This document shows positions 36,801 through 50,240 of a stretch of DNA of 64,000 nucleotides, one piece after another. Location of the stretch: the NCBI GenBank assembly GCA_000934665.2, contig JYFJ02001814.1, positions 1 to 64,000 of the forward strand, in the 5' to 3' direction. Made by a program: the position numbers and the translations under genes. Under the pieces are notes generated by a model. That model searched no databases. It worked only from the letters and a program-made list of their open reading frames with translations, and was not told the DNA's origin. This DNA comes from Catajapyx aquilonaris (taxonomy: Eukaryota). Position 1 is the first letter of the stretch. Each line of letters starts with the position of its first letter.

Positions 36801-38382
36801 GGTACTTGTATGCTTTTATTGCCATGCACATGACTTTTGCACAGTTACATTTTAGTGGTTATCAAAAAGAATAAGCTGCGCTAATACTAGGTTGCATGTA
36901 CCCATCCTTAATAAAGGCTGAAAAAATGAATTCAATCATTCAAGGTCGATGCCAATAATTTTTGCATTCAGTCATTTTGCAATAGAAAATTCATTGCTTA
37001 ATAATTAATAATTAATAATAATGCTGCCATCACATTTAACTTGTAACCATGAAAATGCTCTTAACTGATCATGGCAGCTAACAACACTGTACTGACATTG
37101 CCACCTATTAATCAGGCGAATTTGAAACAGAAAAATAATGTGTTCAAAAAATTCAAGGATATTCCATGGAGGTAACTGAATGTGAAAGATTTAGGAAAAT
37201 TTCCACTCGACTTATTGCAGCCTAGTAATTAATCCGATGGCATGCAAAAGCAAAATTTCAATTTTGAGGAACAAATCAAGCTTATGCAACCTTTCAAAGT
37301 CTTCATAATGACAGTTATTTTCTGGCTCCGGTCCAAAGATAATGCCTGGCACTTGGAATATGACTACATAGGGGGCTCCTGCAATGCAAAAGGAGGAGGT
37401 TACAGCTGGAATGCTCACCATGTAATTGCTCTCCAGACTAGGTGAAGGGCAGTCAAGGTTGGAGCATCTGATGTATGAAATACGCAGTTCAGCAGTAGGC
37501 TAGGCAGTGAGGACAGCTCCTGTAGAAGAGTTAAAAGACTTGGAATAAGGTCACTGGCCAGGACATCCAATGGCAGTTGCACTATTCTGCAATTAAATTC
37601 GCCCCAATTTGACTGCACACATTCTATGGGCAATTAACGTGTACTTCTCACATGTGGGTAAGTCTACTTGATGAACCTGATGAAAATGTATCTTAGCCGC
37701 CTATTATGATGACATACCGGTACGTCGCCTTTCTGTCCTTGCCACGCCATCAGTCGTACCTGCACAGTGCTGCTCACTGCCGTCCTTCCATCAGGTCGAA
37801 GCCATTTTGCACCATCCCACCCATCCTCTCAGGATGTTGTGATCCGTGTGATAGTGCCAACAGAAATGGGGATGTGATGACCTTGGACACCCCCCCCCCC
37901 CCAAAAAAAAAAAAAAAAACCATTTTGAAGTGTACAGTGCCGGTACTGTACTGGTATAGAAAATATGTGGGAAGATTTCACTCTTTGAAGCAATCCATTG
38001 GACCATGTCGCACTTTTTTCAGCATGCACAGTAATTGAGTTCTTACTGACGCTTACTTTCAATTAACAAATTAGGCCCTTTTTTCCATTCCAGGTCGGTT
38101 TCTCATGGAGCAATAAGTTCTCAGAGGAATAAGTCGATACGAAAATGAGGACAGTTTATTTATTGCCAAAGGAGCTATACTAGTGCATATATACGCACAG
38201 TATACTTTACATGATAAGTGTGGGCTGATGTTCATGCTGTATTGAGAATTGAGTAAATAAATAATGTATCGCATATTTGTGTGTGCTACAGAATATTCTA
38301 AGTAGTCACAATATTATCTGTGTGGTCTTTCCTATAGGTTGAATACTATTGTGTTACTACGGTTAAGTCTATATCGTTCACA

Positions 38383-40548
38383 TCATCGGCCCAATTCCTC
38401 CGCGTCTTCTCTGGTCTCCGGAAACTTCTTTCCTCTGGTTTCAGGAAGTAGGAGGCATAATGCCGAACTCACGATGGCACCACTACCAAAAATCAGGAAT
38501 GGAAGACCATGCATGAATGAGTTCTATATAGAAAGATTTTGTGCAAATTAGGCATGTTCAAACTTGATGAAGAAGTGAGTCGCGGACACTTACGAATCTA
38601 ATTATGAATGGAGCAAGCATGGATCCAAACCGTCCTGATGTGGAGCACATACCCAGCGCATATGCACGTATGTCTGTAGGAAACAGTTCAGCAGTGTAAA
38701 CATAGGCTACGGTGAAGGCTATAGTGAAAGTAGATTTACTGGCCAGTGTTATAGACAGCTGCATCATGGCGCTTCCTGAAAATAGATGTGTGTTGCAATA
38801 ATCGTGTGAAATTTCCTGCTGTCATTTTATATACCTGGTGGCATGAGACCTGAAGTTGCGCAGAATGCAGCAGATGCTATTAGGGAAAGCACGAGAGATG
38901 CTTTTCTTCCTATGTATTTGAGAATTAATAGGCAGAGAAGATTGGCAGGGACTTCAACCGCCATTGTCAGAATGTAACTGATGAAAACATTTCCGCCCAA
39001 ATTGGTCGAGTTCAATGATATTCCACAGTAGCCAGTCGTCACACAAAACCTGCCAAGAAATTATTAAAATAATTTGTAAAAAAAAAATTAAATGTGCCAG
39101 CCCAATCATGTTAAAAGACTCGCCACAGACTGACGCCGATTATGAGGCGCTGTCTAAGTATACAGGACGAGAGAGACGATTTCGGTTTAGATTTTTCCTG
39201 CGAACCTTTTTCCTGAAACGTACGAAATGCTTATTATCAACACGTAATTGCAGTGCAATGTAATGTTATTTGTTACTAGGTCTGGTAAGATGCTGGGGCG
39301 TGGGATGACCAGCAGATGTCTTGGAGGAACTTTTCCGTTTGTCTGGCATTGTTCGAGGATAATTTCGACAGCCTCGCAATGTCTATTGGTCGTAATGAGC
39401 CACATTACAGACTCAGGGATCAACCTGGAAGATGCGGTGACAATACATTGCTGCTAACTACCAACTTCAATTAGTATAACTGACCACCAGTACATGAGGA
39501 ACATGATAGACGGGATGGAGACAATCAAATGTATGACTCTCCAATCTCGAATGGCCCAGGCAGCAAATCCTAAGAATAATTCTCCAGTTACAAATGCTAC
39601 TTGCATGCCTATCCCACATGGTGTGCGCATTGTCGATCCAACCGATTCAATAGCTGTAATATAGGAAGTAAGAGAGGAACAAAATCTTCGGCAAAGTAAA
39701 GACTGTGACAGTCGTATTGTTATAGGGACAATCGTATACGATAGAGTACTTACCGAGCACAAACCCGATTTGAAACACTGCAAACTGCCCCACTGCGGTT
39801 ACAAAATGGCAGACGATGAATGATAAGTAGTCGGTACAAAAAATGCTGGCTATTCCTCCAATGGACATTATAATAATGGCTGACATTAAGCAGATCTTTC
39901 GACCAAATCTGGAAAGAATGTCCTCTTTATATATGTGTGACAGTTTAAGAGTTGACAGTCCACTTGTCATACTTGTCTGCCAGTATGCCAAACGCGAATG
40001 ATCCAATAGCTGTTCCGAACATTGCGACTGTTGCTGACAGCGGTACCTTCCACTCATCGTCGCAGGCCAAGCTAAACTGCAATTGGGCCAATTTATCACC
40101 ATCATGTTTACAGAAAATGTGTACTTACATCAGTGGCGACAGTTGATCTGAAGAGTGACTTGTCGTAGATCCACTTCTCACAGGGCTTAGTGTCATTCAT
40201 CATCCTGAACACCATTGGACTGCAGGTGGCCACAGATGAGGCCTCCCCCATTACTTTTCTGCTACACCGATCGGACGAACTCCAGTTCATCCATGGAGTA
40301 TGAAAAACAGGATCTGTTTCGCTGTCGCATCCAGGTATGTGGCACCTGCGTCGATATACAATGATCAGACAATGATACACATCACACAGAATGTTTATAG
40401 CTCACCTGTGTTCTGGATTGAAAGATATGAATGAGTCGATTAGGTATCCCATGCAGGCGGGTAGGACGGATATGAACATCAGAGAAAACACTTTCTTCTG
40501 GTGCAGGCCAAAGTCTCCGACATACTCCGAAATCTGGCCGTAATCCAT
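38383..40548 (-). CDS. SLC22/organic cation transporter (Orct-like MFS), multi-exon, divergent paralog
   Basis: Starts MDYGQISEYVGDFGLHQKK. Motifs RCHIPGCD, FGRK, IPESVMWLI, YTAELFPTDIRA and LPETRGKKFPET. Stop TGA at 38383-38385. Confidence 0.88.
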
Positions 40549-42732
40549 TGTGTATATGAACACTGCCTGGAGGAGCGCCTTAGATGTTGCACAGCTCTTG
40601 TGTGAAAAGCATGCTTTATATCCGGATCACACTGGCTGGTGTTGTATGACTGACGGGAATTGCATCTCTAAATGGCTGGGATCTCGAGACGAAGCTCCAG
40701 CTGGCACCGAAACTGCCTTCTTCTGGAAAAAACAATGTGACTATATATTTTTTTTAAAGATATTGTGGTGGACCTTCTGTTGTAAAAGCATAAAGATAGG
40801 GCCATAATATACTAAACACTTTAGGATTATGGCATTGTAATGTGGGTCAGTTTAAGTGTAACATTACGATACTTTTCATTGCGTTGAAATATAATGTATA
40901 AGCACAGATATTTTTAATACGACGAAATGATAATAAAACATGGCTGCGAGATGCACATGAGGCTAGTTCAATCTCGTACAATTAAATATTTGGCCATATA
41001 TGCCCGACTCATACACACTACAAAGGGTATAATTTCGGATTTTTGGTAGATATTCAATCTCTCTCTATAGGGAGAAATTATTATGCGCGTAATCTTGCTT
41101 ATTATTTCTGGAATTCAAGATAATTACTGTGCAAAAACAAATTTTTGGCCTGCTTCAAGAGAGTAAGCCAAATCTCAAGTGCTGCAGTGTGCAATGTAAT
41201 TTTATCAACAGTGCATTGAAGTTTTTTGGGTGGGTGGTAGGGGGGGGTAATTATCATGGTACATCATTAAAATAAATAATGATAAAGTGCATTCTGTTGG
41301 CCTATTATTAACTGTAAATGTAAATTGTCGGATTATTAGGATAATTCAATAGATACTCATTGTATTCTAAGAAGACTGTTTTGCTGTTTCGAGTTGCAGA
41401 AACAGGAAAAGGTTTAAATCTTAATGTCATGCTAAAAATATGGAAGTGTCAGCTATAAAAGACTTTTATGGCTCTGTTGAAAGTTGGGGAAGAATGTGTT
41501 GAAATGTGGTAACCGCTCTTAAAAAATAAATGCTGCTAAAACCCTGTTGTACAACACTGGTACGTACAGTGTTGCAAAATTATGGCTGGCACAACTTCCA
41601 GGCGATAATTTTACAATATACTAAAATTATTCAATAATGTGTCGATATCAAAATGTAATCATCCAATCAAATGTACAATCATTCTCCTCACAACCAGACA
41701 TGTTCACAATTTTTTGCTCAGTTAATGTCCCTGAAGCAATTATTCGGTGTGTGTAGGAAACTTTGCTTTTGGAGAAAATTTTATAATATGCATATTAGAA
41801 TAATTATGTTTGAGACATTTAAATATGCAAAAAAGAGAGCCATAAATGTGTTTTCGTGCGATTTTGGAACATATCAGGGAGTCATAATATTTCACCTGCA
41901 CATGGAAGAAAAAAAATCAGCCGCTTACAATACATTGCATCAGTCATTGCTCTCTAATTCAGACCTTATTGAGAGTTTTGGGATCTGATTTCTGTCACAG
42001 TGCCATAATTGCATAATTATCTAAGGTACATTTGGACAGCGACATATTTCTCCATGATCAATACACTCGATTGAATAAGCTTTACTTATTGTTAATTGCT
42101 GAAAAATGCACAATCATATCCAGAGAAAGATCAAATGCATAGTATCAACACACAATTGTTTCGGTATGAGATTGTGCACCAGTTACACGACTAGCTTCTC
42201 GAGACAATCGGTTACGTACTGTGTAGTGGAATAATTGCTTGAAAGTTGCATCAATATCTGCATTAACCTACTTGAAAAATGTAAATCGAAACGGTTTGTA
42301 AGCAAACCTTTCTCAAGACTTACAACAACCTCTTCATTCCCAGATGCCCTTTGATCGCTGCATCCTACACCATTAACAAGAACTCGTGTCAAAATGCACC
42401 AAAAATCATGCATGTCTAAAACCACCTGCAGTTTCACTCCTGTCTTGCCAAATAGGGGCTCTCGAAACTATCTACAAAACAGCTGGCGTCAGGAGCAACC
42501 TTGAAAGTCGTTAGTCAAGACCAAGTCCATGTTGGGACCGGTGACGTCTGAAATATTATCATTTCATGCACCAGTAAAACAATGGTATGTAGAAATACAT
42601 ATCTTTGGACCCTGTTTAATTCCTTTCACTTATATAAATTAACACAATAATATACATAACTGTACAGATATATTATTTTTGGTCGTGGGGAAACGAGACT
42701 AGTAATGTTGAACCTGAGGGCAGCAAATAATA

Positions 42733-45700
42733 TCACAGGTCTTGAATCTCATTTGGTAGTAAGGCTGCTGTCTCATCCTCTCGATTCTGCTGCACACTCA
42801 GGCTCCTGTAAGTAAGAGATTGGGTGGACTACACGTTTGAGACTTTAAAAATCTGTTTTCCTCCAGAAGCAGAAAAGCAAAGTATCGACAAACCATTTGA
42901 TTAAAAAAAGACAAGACAGAACACTATCCATTAAACAGGGAATAATGACCCTCCAGATCATAAAATGTCCTAATACGACTTAACACATCCGAGACTATCC
43001 AGAAAAATAAAGCCAAATGCAGCCAAGCTTCCATAAACATTTTCTAAACATCATTAAAAATTGGATTTAAAATATTCGTCAAATGTAACGTGTAGTAACT
43101 GGCCGTTCAGTCTTTTGAATTTTAAGTCACTCTACTACTTTAGTCACTTTGAATAAATTTCTGAGAGCTTGACTGCATCTGCAATTCCTCCCAAAGTTGA
43201 GAGAAAAGTCTCTGGCACAGTTAAAGAGGTGCGAAAGATGGTCAAGCGAAAAGACGAGAGTGGAGACGAAGAGGGCTGGAGTGAACTCGAGACCTGTCTC
43301 CAAAACGCTCTGCCTCTTCCACAGTGTCGGGAAGTTTGGTCCCCAGTGTCTCGGGCAATGCCAGGGAAAGAAATCCTGCCGCAAGGCCCAGGCCTCCAAA
43401 GATCAGCAACGGAAGAGATTCACCGTAAAACGACTGCGGAGAAGGAAAATGGAATTAAGTATCGTACAATATCTACAATTGCGCAAGCAAACAATTCGGG
43501 CAAGTCATGCACAGCTGTCATATATCCTCTTTTATGGACATTTACGTTGCATTCACTTACTTAGCAGACTGACAAAAATAGGTACTGTGACTGCCCTTTA
43601 ATGTAAACAGTGAGCCAAGAGGACATGAGAGAATGACACATCACTTTGACAGTGACTTCTAAAATTAGACGCCTGAACTGGCAAAGGTAATGAAGTTCAG
43701 TGGCCTTGAGCCAGACACTCATTGATAGATATTTTTAGCTGGTTCATTATGGCCTCTTGTTGTTGTTTACATTCGGAGCACACCATAAGCTCAACGCACT
43801 CAATAGTTGAAAGTCATAATTGTGAAAAATGCATCGCATGTCCACACAAATATAATTACACGCTTAAAATCGATAAATACTACATGACATAATACAATAC
43901 AGTCTACACCACCGATTAAAATGCTTTTGTGGTTACCATCCCGGCGATAACAGGCGCAAGAATCCCTCCAACCCTTGCGCACATTGAGCTGACCCCCAAG
44001 GCAGCATTCCTGACCACAGTTGGGAAGAGCTCAGCAGAGAAGAGGTAGATAGTTGAGAACGAAGAGGTGATGCCGCACTTGCCCAGCAAGAACAGGGTTA
44101 TCTGGACGTAGTACAGGTACTCTGGTGAGTTCGGGGTCTGCTCAGGTACAAAGGCTGCGGCTATGCAGGAGACCGAACTGAGGAGAAGTGAGACCACTAG
44201 ACACGGGCGGCGTCCCCACCACCGCATGGCCACCCAGGAAAAAGTGTATCCGGGGATCTCCACCAGGGAAACCCCAACAAAGTTCCAGTATTTGTCGCCT
44301 CCAAGAGTCGTCGAATTGAAGCTCAGCCCGTAGTATACAACAGTGTTCACAAACCTGTGCCAAGGAAAATAATTAGCTCATTATACGAAAACCACAATTA
44401 AAATTGCAGCATGGCCAGTACTGTAATGTGAGAATCATGCATTTGCTTATTCAGATATTATGTAAACCAGTTCAGGCAGTGCCGAGTCATCTCTATGTAA
44501 ACTAATTCCTGCTGTGAAGGTCACATCTGCCGCACGTTTATGACGTTTGAAATACTCCACACATGCCTTCCATATTGCACTTTTTGAACAATAGCGATAT
44601 GAAACTAACCAGTTAAAAAATATGTTGATGGACCGTAACGCAAGCCTCCTCGACCTGAAGATGTCCAGCATCGACTGCTTCTGCACCACCTTTCCAAGCA
44701 TCGGATCACTCTCCTCTCCTGCAAACTCAACCAGATGGTCCGGAAGCTTGACTCCATTGACTTGCGCTGCCTTCTCGACGATCTTCCTGGCCTCGTTATG
44801 CCTCCCTTTGGAGATCAGCCATCTGACCGATTCCGGCAGCAACCAGTAGTAAGAAAGAAAGACAATCGAAGGTGCGGTGATGGCCAGTTGAATGTACCTC
44901 CAGTCTCGCAATGCCCAGGCTATAACGCCAACCAAAGCTTCACCCACGGCAAAGAAGTACTCGATAACCACACCGCACATTACTCGGTGGCTCTTGCCCA
45001 CAAACTCAAGACCTGCAAAGAAAAATGCTTGTAGACACTGGAAATTTGAAGCATTTAACAGTACACAATGCTCCTGCGGACTGGATTGGCCTAAGCTTGC
45101 TAAACACTGCTAAGGAGCTCATGATTTTAACGCTGATCATCGGATAAAAATAGCTCTTAAATAGTCAGCTGGTGACTCAGGTAACACCCTACACAAAGAG
45201 AAGGTTTAAATAGCGGCTTACATAATAATTATGAGATTAAAATAACTTATGCAGCACAAGAATGAACTTTGACACAGCCTATCAGCATCTATAGTGTCCT
45301 CAACCGGAACTTATTGCTTACGAGTAAATCCTGCGTGATAAGGTCGTTCTTGAATATATCATGGGAGGAGGACTTTGACCTATGGAAGTTCAAATACAGT
45401 GTCACCTGACAGATTACAAATTAGCATAGGATAAACATGACATTACCAATAACAAAGGCAGTAGTGAAAATTGATGAGTTTCCAAATCCATTGAGGAATT
45501 GAAGGATCATGAAGACCACGACGTTTGGCGAAAAAGCAGCTGCGGTTCCGGATATAGTCATTACCATAATGCATGTTAACAACACCTTCTTGCGTCCGTA
45601 CCTGCAAAAAAAATAAATCAACATTAGAGCATGTTCATAACCTAACATTCGCAACCGCCTTACATGTCCGACAAGTGTCCAAACAGTACGGCACCAACAA

Positions 45701-46268
45701 GTACGCCGCCGAAGTAAAGCGTTCCGACCGTAGTAGTCATCCATTCTCGACCACATGTTAGTCCAAACTGCAAGAAGCACATGTTACGACTTCTAGTCTT
45801 ATTGAGACATTCGCTATCACTCTTACCTCACTAACAACCGAGTTCTTATAAACGCTCCGGTCGTACACAAACTGTGAGCAGGCCACAGCGGGACGCCCGT
45901 AGTGTCCAAGCGGGCACGTGTAATTGTACTCTGCGTGATTGTACGTGTACATGTAACACTGATCGTAGACGGCATGTCCATTGCGCACAACATGCGGAAT
46001 GGTCTGGTTGAGAAACGGCTGGTCGTACTCCGGATCCGTCGCGTTGTCACACCCAGGTACGAAGCATCTGCGGACAGACAACGTTACGTACACGAGTGGT
46101 GCGTACAACGACATATGATTACCTGTAGTCAGGTACACCAGCGGTGAATGTGTATGCGACCATGACGGAAGCGCTCAGCACGATGGGAAGACACACCAGG
46201 AAGTAGTTGACCTTCTGGAAGCGCCCAAATTCCCCCAGGTGGACCAGGATCTCGTCCAGGTCCATCAT
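42733..46268 (-). CDS. SLC22/organic cation transporter (Orct-like MFS), multi-exon
   Basis: Starts MMDLDEILVHLGEFGRFQK. Motifs RCFVPGCD, YGRKK, LPESVRWLIS, FSAELFPTVVRN and LPETLGTKLPDTVEEAE. The 3' end is either the exon at 42733-42805 or read-through to a stop at ~43242. Confidence 0.9.
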
Positions 46269-46509
46269 CTTCGGGAAGCTGTGCGACGAATGACCACGAC
46301 GAGAGACGCGACGACGACCTGACACGTCACGAGTCCAGAGCACATTTGCCTGCCAGGCCTCTTTAGCACTTATCTTGTGCGCGTCTATCGTGCGATCCCG
46401 TGGGCGGTGCTATAAAGTGCTATAGATAGCCAAGGTCACCGGGTACTGGCCCCACACGTGCCGAGGACAATGCGCCGCCTATAACACGCGGGTTTAAATA
46501 GGGCCAAAT

Positions 46510-47450
46510 TGGGATACCGTATTTTTAAATTCAGGATTTATACAGTAGTAGCGACAGGGTTGCCAGATGAAAGGCGGGAGATTTGAATTTTTGCATCTCG
46601 ATATGCTGCTGACGTCACTGTGGTCAGGCAGGAGTGGGAATGCACCCTTTAGGCCACGCCCCCTTTTCCCACCAATTTGAATGACTTTTTAAACGCGCCC
46701 TAATTTATCGAGAAATTACATTTTGGTGCTGAAAAGTGGTGGAATGCAAATTGTATGTAAATAATATATTATATGTAAATTTTATGTACGGTAAATAATT
46801 ACATGTTATATTAGAATATAAGAATTATCCGGAGCTCCGCTCCAGAATGGGGTAAGTAAATTAGTAAATTAATAAATAAAAATTATTATATGTAAATTAT
46901 TATAGGCTACAGCAATAATATGTAAATTATTATAGGCTACAGCAATAATAATATGTAAATTATTATAGGCTACAGTAATAATAATATGTAAATTATTATA
47001 TGCTACAGCAATAATATGTAAATTATTATCGGCTACAGTAATAACAAATAATAATATGTAAATTATTATAGGCTACGGTAATAATAATATGTAAATTATA
47101 ATACTAATAATTTTATGTCACGATTTATATGATTTTATGTGGGTGAACCAAAAGATGCATAAAGTAGTAGACTATTTTATCCATGTAGGCGGGGTAAACT
47201 TATTGGGATACCGTTTTTTTCAATGATGACGTCACTGTGGTTTAGGCAGGAGTCGGAATGAGGTCTTTAGGCCACGCCCCCCTTTTCCCGCCAATTTGAG
47301 AGTACGTGACTTTTAAACCCGTGACAATTTATAGAGGAAATGACATTTTGGGGCTGAAAAGTGTATAGTTTTACTATTACTATTACTAAGATTATTATAT
47401 TCGAGTATAAATATCCCAGGGTTGCCAGCTGAAGGCGAGAGGTTTGAATT
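46510..47450. repeat. Duplicated ~200-bp segment flanking an AT-rich ~30-bp minisatellite; hAT-like terminal motif
   Basis: 46510-46740 aligns with 47203-47362 (TGACGTCACTGTGG..AGGCAGGAGT..TTTAGGCCACGCCCC). The unit AATATGTAAATTATTATAGGCTACAG(C/T)AAT repeats across ~46880-47100. CAGGGTTGCCAG occurs at ~46555 and ~47417. Confidence 0.75.
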
Positions 47451-47508
47451 CACAGATTGACACTATATTATTGCATAACATTTTACACACAAAAATTGGC
47501 GTAAAATT

Positions 47509-48567
47509 TTATATGACGAGCAGGTGGGTCAATTTGGGGCATCGTCTGACCATGACGCTGAGGCCATCGTTGGTGACCCGTTTGCAGCTACGGAGGTCAA
47601 GGTGGGTCAAATGGGGGCATGTTTCGGAGGCTGTGAACAAGCATTTGTCTGTGAGTTCGGGGCATCCGGAGAGGTCCAGCTTGGTCAGTCCGGTCATGTC
47701 GGTTGAACCTAGGAGTGACCTGAGTCCGTGAGAGGTCACTTTCCGGGCGGCGTCGGTGAAGGCGAGTGACCTCAGCTTGGTCAGACCGGTCAGTTCGGGT
47801 AGTATTGCGTCGGTCAGTCGTTTGGCATTGGCGATACCGAGGTGCTGCAGGTCCGGAAATTTTATGTGCAGCATCCGGTACGTTTGATATTGGACGATGT
47901 TGGTGCCGTCGAAGGTCAGCCGGGTCAAACGGGTCAGTTTGTCCAATATGGTCTGCAGCTGGTTGACGCTCAGAACCAGCGACAAGTGAAGTTCTCGCAG
48001 GTTTGGTGCAGCGAATGTCTGCAGTTCAGTCGCAGTTGTACTGTACATCTTGCCTGAATTTGTACGGAGAATAAATAGCGTGATTGTGCACAAATATGTA
48101 CAAAAACTCACCTTTGATCCTGAGCACTTCCAACTCCTTGAAACTCAACGCTCCGAAGAAGTGTCCATCAACATTACACTTCCTGAGTTGAATCACACGA
48201 AGATTCTTGCATCCAACGCACAACCTGCTGACGATTATTTGACCTCTCTCGAATGAATAGTTGCTCACCCTCAGCACTTTCAGTTGCAGACAATTATTTC
48301 CAGCCACGACGTCCAGTAGGTCATCTGTGTCGTCCCGGTTGTCCAGAATAAGTTCCTCCAAATCCGAATGATCCTTCAGGAGTTGGACCGCCTTGTTCGG
48401 ACGTATCTTCGAGGCGAAATGAGCCACATTGAATTCTGGAAGCAGCAGATGACTCGCCATTCTTTGCAGACCAGACTTGCTCGATGTAACAGGTCATCAG
48501 TGGTCAGCAAAGACAATATCCTGCACTTCACCTGAGATGGTATGTCAGCAAATCGAGCCTGTACCAT
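47509..48567 (-). pseudogene. F-box/LRR (FBXL-like) gene with an apparent frameshift just after the F-box
   Basis: The F-box FADIPSQVKCRILSLLTTDDLLHRASLVCKEWR is in one frame, which stops at 48376. The LRRs (DLEELILDN, LTKLDLSGCPELTD, CPHLTHLDLRSCKRVTND) continue in another frame from ~48420, with no room for an intron between them. Intron at 48054-48111. Confidence 0.7.
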
Positions 48568-49131
48568 TTCGTTCGCCTGCTCACAGTTGATGAGGAGATA
48601 AAAAGAGTGGACAGTTAAATATGAACACACGTGGGAAATTACCTCTAGTAGACCTATCAGCTAGATCTTCACACTGACAATAGTACGCAGGCGCTTCTTG
48701 TTTACTGTGGCGGTATAGAGTGAATGTGCAAACATGGCATCATGCCCAGCATATGTGACCTCTGAGCATGATGATACCTTGCCAGAGTCTAACTTGCACT
48801 GCTCGACAGTTATTGGGGGCTTGAGCAATAACTTAGGCCATAGTCCAGCTGGATATAGTTTCTTGCCAATTGGCCCAAAATTAAACTATTTTGAAGACAT
48901 TCTGATAGAAGGAAAATGTGCACGAGTCATCATTTCTCGATGAAAGTACCCATGTGCCAAAGTACCCTGCAAACACAGCAGTAAAATCACATAGACTGGT
49001 GTATGTAAATGGCTCGTTTTTATTATTATTCGCAATTCGCGTATAAAAATATGGTTTTTACCAAAATGAATCGGCAAATGTAAACTTCCAGTGAGTTTGG
49101 TACAAAAAACACCTGAACGATGCGGATAATA

Positions 49132-50240
49132 TTAATCCAAAGGGTCGTGCATGATCTCAATGTGTGGGAACCGATCGCGCACGCCTTGAGCATCATTCCA
49201 GGTGATCCCAACTGCTTGTCTCACATCCATGTGTGACAAATGGACGCACTTGGTGCAGATATGCATCATCGACCAACCCGAGATGGTGCATCTCCTGGCG
49301 ATGAAACGCATCAAGTGTCCGCAATTAAAGCCAATCAGTTCCGCATCTTCGTAGTCCAACGTGGCTCCAGAGACATCCAGTTCTTTCAGACTGGCCATGG
49401 CTGGACCGTGAGAAAATAGAGACGTTATAGCATCTCTCTCCCCTTCTTGCGATCGGATTGAGAGTGATGTCAGGTGAAGATGGGCGAAGATGTTCGCCAG
49501 CTCAGCGACCCTTACATTGCTAGCCCTCGCAATGTTGACGTGGGTGATGCGAGCACACCTCCTGAGTGACGGTGTCACCGGGTTCTTGTAAGGAAGGCAG
49601 TGGGCATCTAGGGTCAGGCTGACCAAATGCTTCCTAAGGTTGGCCAGAAGAGCACCTGCGAACGACAGCATGAAATGGTATAATATTATAAGAGCATAAA
49701 CCTTCCCTTCTAGTACATACTTGCAATGTCTTCTCTAAAGCCGAGGCCAACCAGTCTGAGTTCACTGATGGCCGGAAAGTCCGGGTACTTTGTCCGTACG
49801 AGTGTTGGGTTGTAATGGCGGACCATATCTCCGCTGCTGCACAAGTAGATGGCCAGCTTCTTCAGTGGTCTGAGCATGGACACCACCTCCAACAGCTCGT
49901 TGCATGTGGTTTGTATCCCGATCAGCACCAATTCCTCCAGTTCGGGGCAGAATTGGGCCGCTGTCCTCAGGATGATGGACATGTCAGTCCGCCCAGCCAG
50001 ACGCAGCTTCCTGAGTCTGGAGGACCTCTGGATCTCGCCAACTGCAGCATCAGTGGGGATGGCCATCACGTTCAGCTCGATTGATGTCCAGCTTATGTTG
50101 TCAGACCAATGGTGGGTGAATACCTGTGGAAGCCCATGGACAACTGCCTCCTCCAGGGTGAAATGGGAGAAGATCTGGAGCTTGATGTGCAGAGGAAGGG
50201 ATGGGAAGTCGAAAACTCTGGTCTCGTCTCCTGCCATCAT
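49132..50240 (-). CDS. Divergent F-box/LRR protein, 2 coding exons
   Basis: F-box-like FPSLPLHIKLQIFSHF, then LRRs CPELEELVL, SLKELDVSG and CVHLSHMDV. The phase-1 intron at 49656-49720 joins the two listed ORFs in frame. Confidence 0.8.

Noticed and set aside
37212..37633. Minus-strand ORFs with a vaguely F-box-like LPLDVL motif
   Set aside because: Too little similarity and no consistent splice structure. A decayed gene is possible but cannot be supported.
43169..43601. Plus-strand ORFs of 131 and 134 aa
   Set aside because: They are antisense to an SLC22 coding exon.
46880..47100. CRISPR-like array
   Set aside because: The ~30-bp AT-rich units are head-to-tail with no unique spacers, there are no cas genes, and the context is eukaryotic. 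It is a minisatellite.
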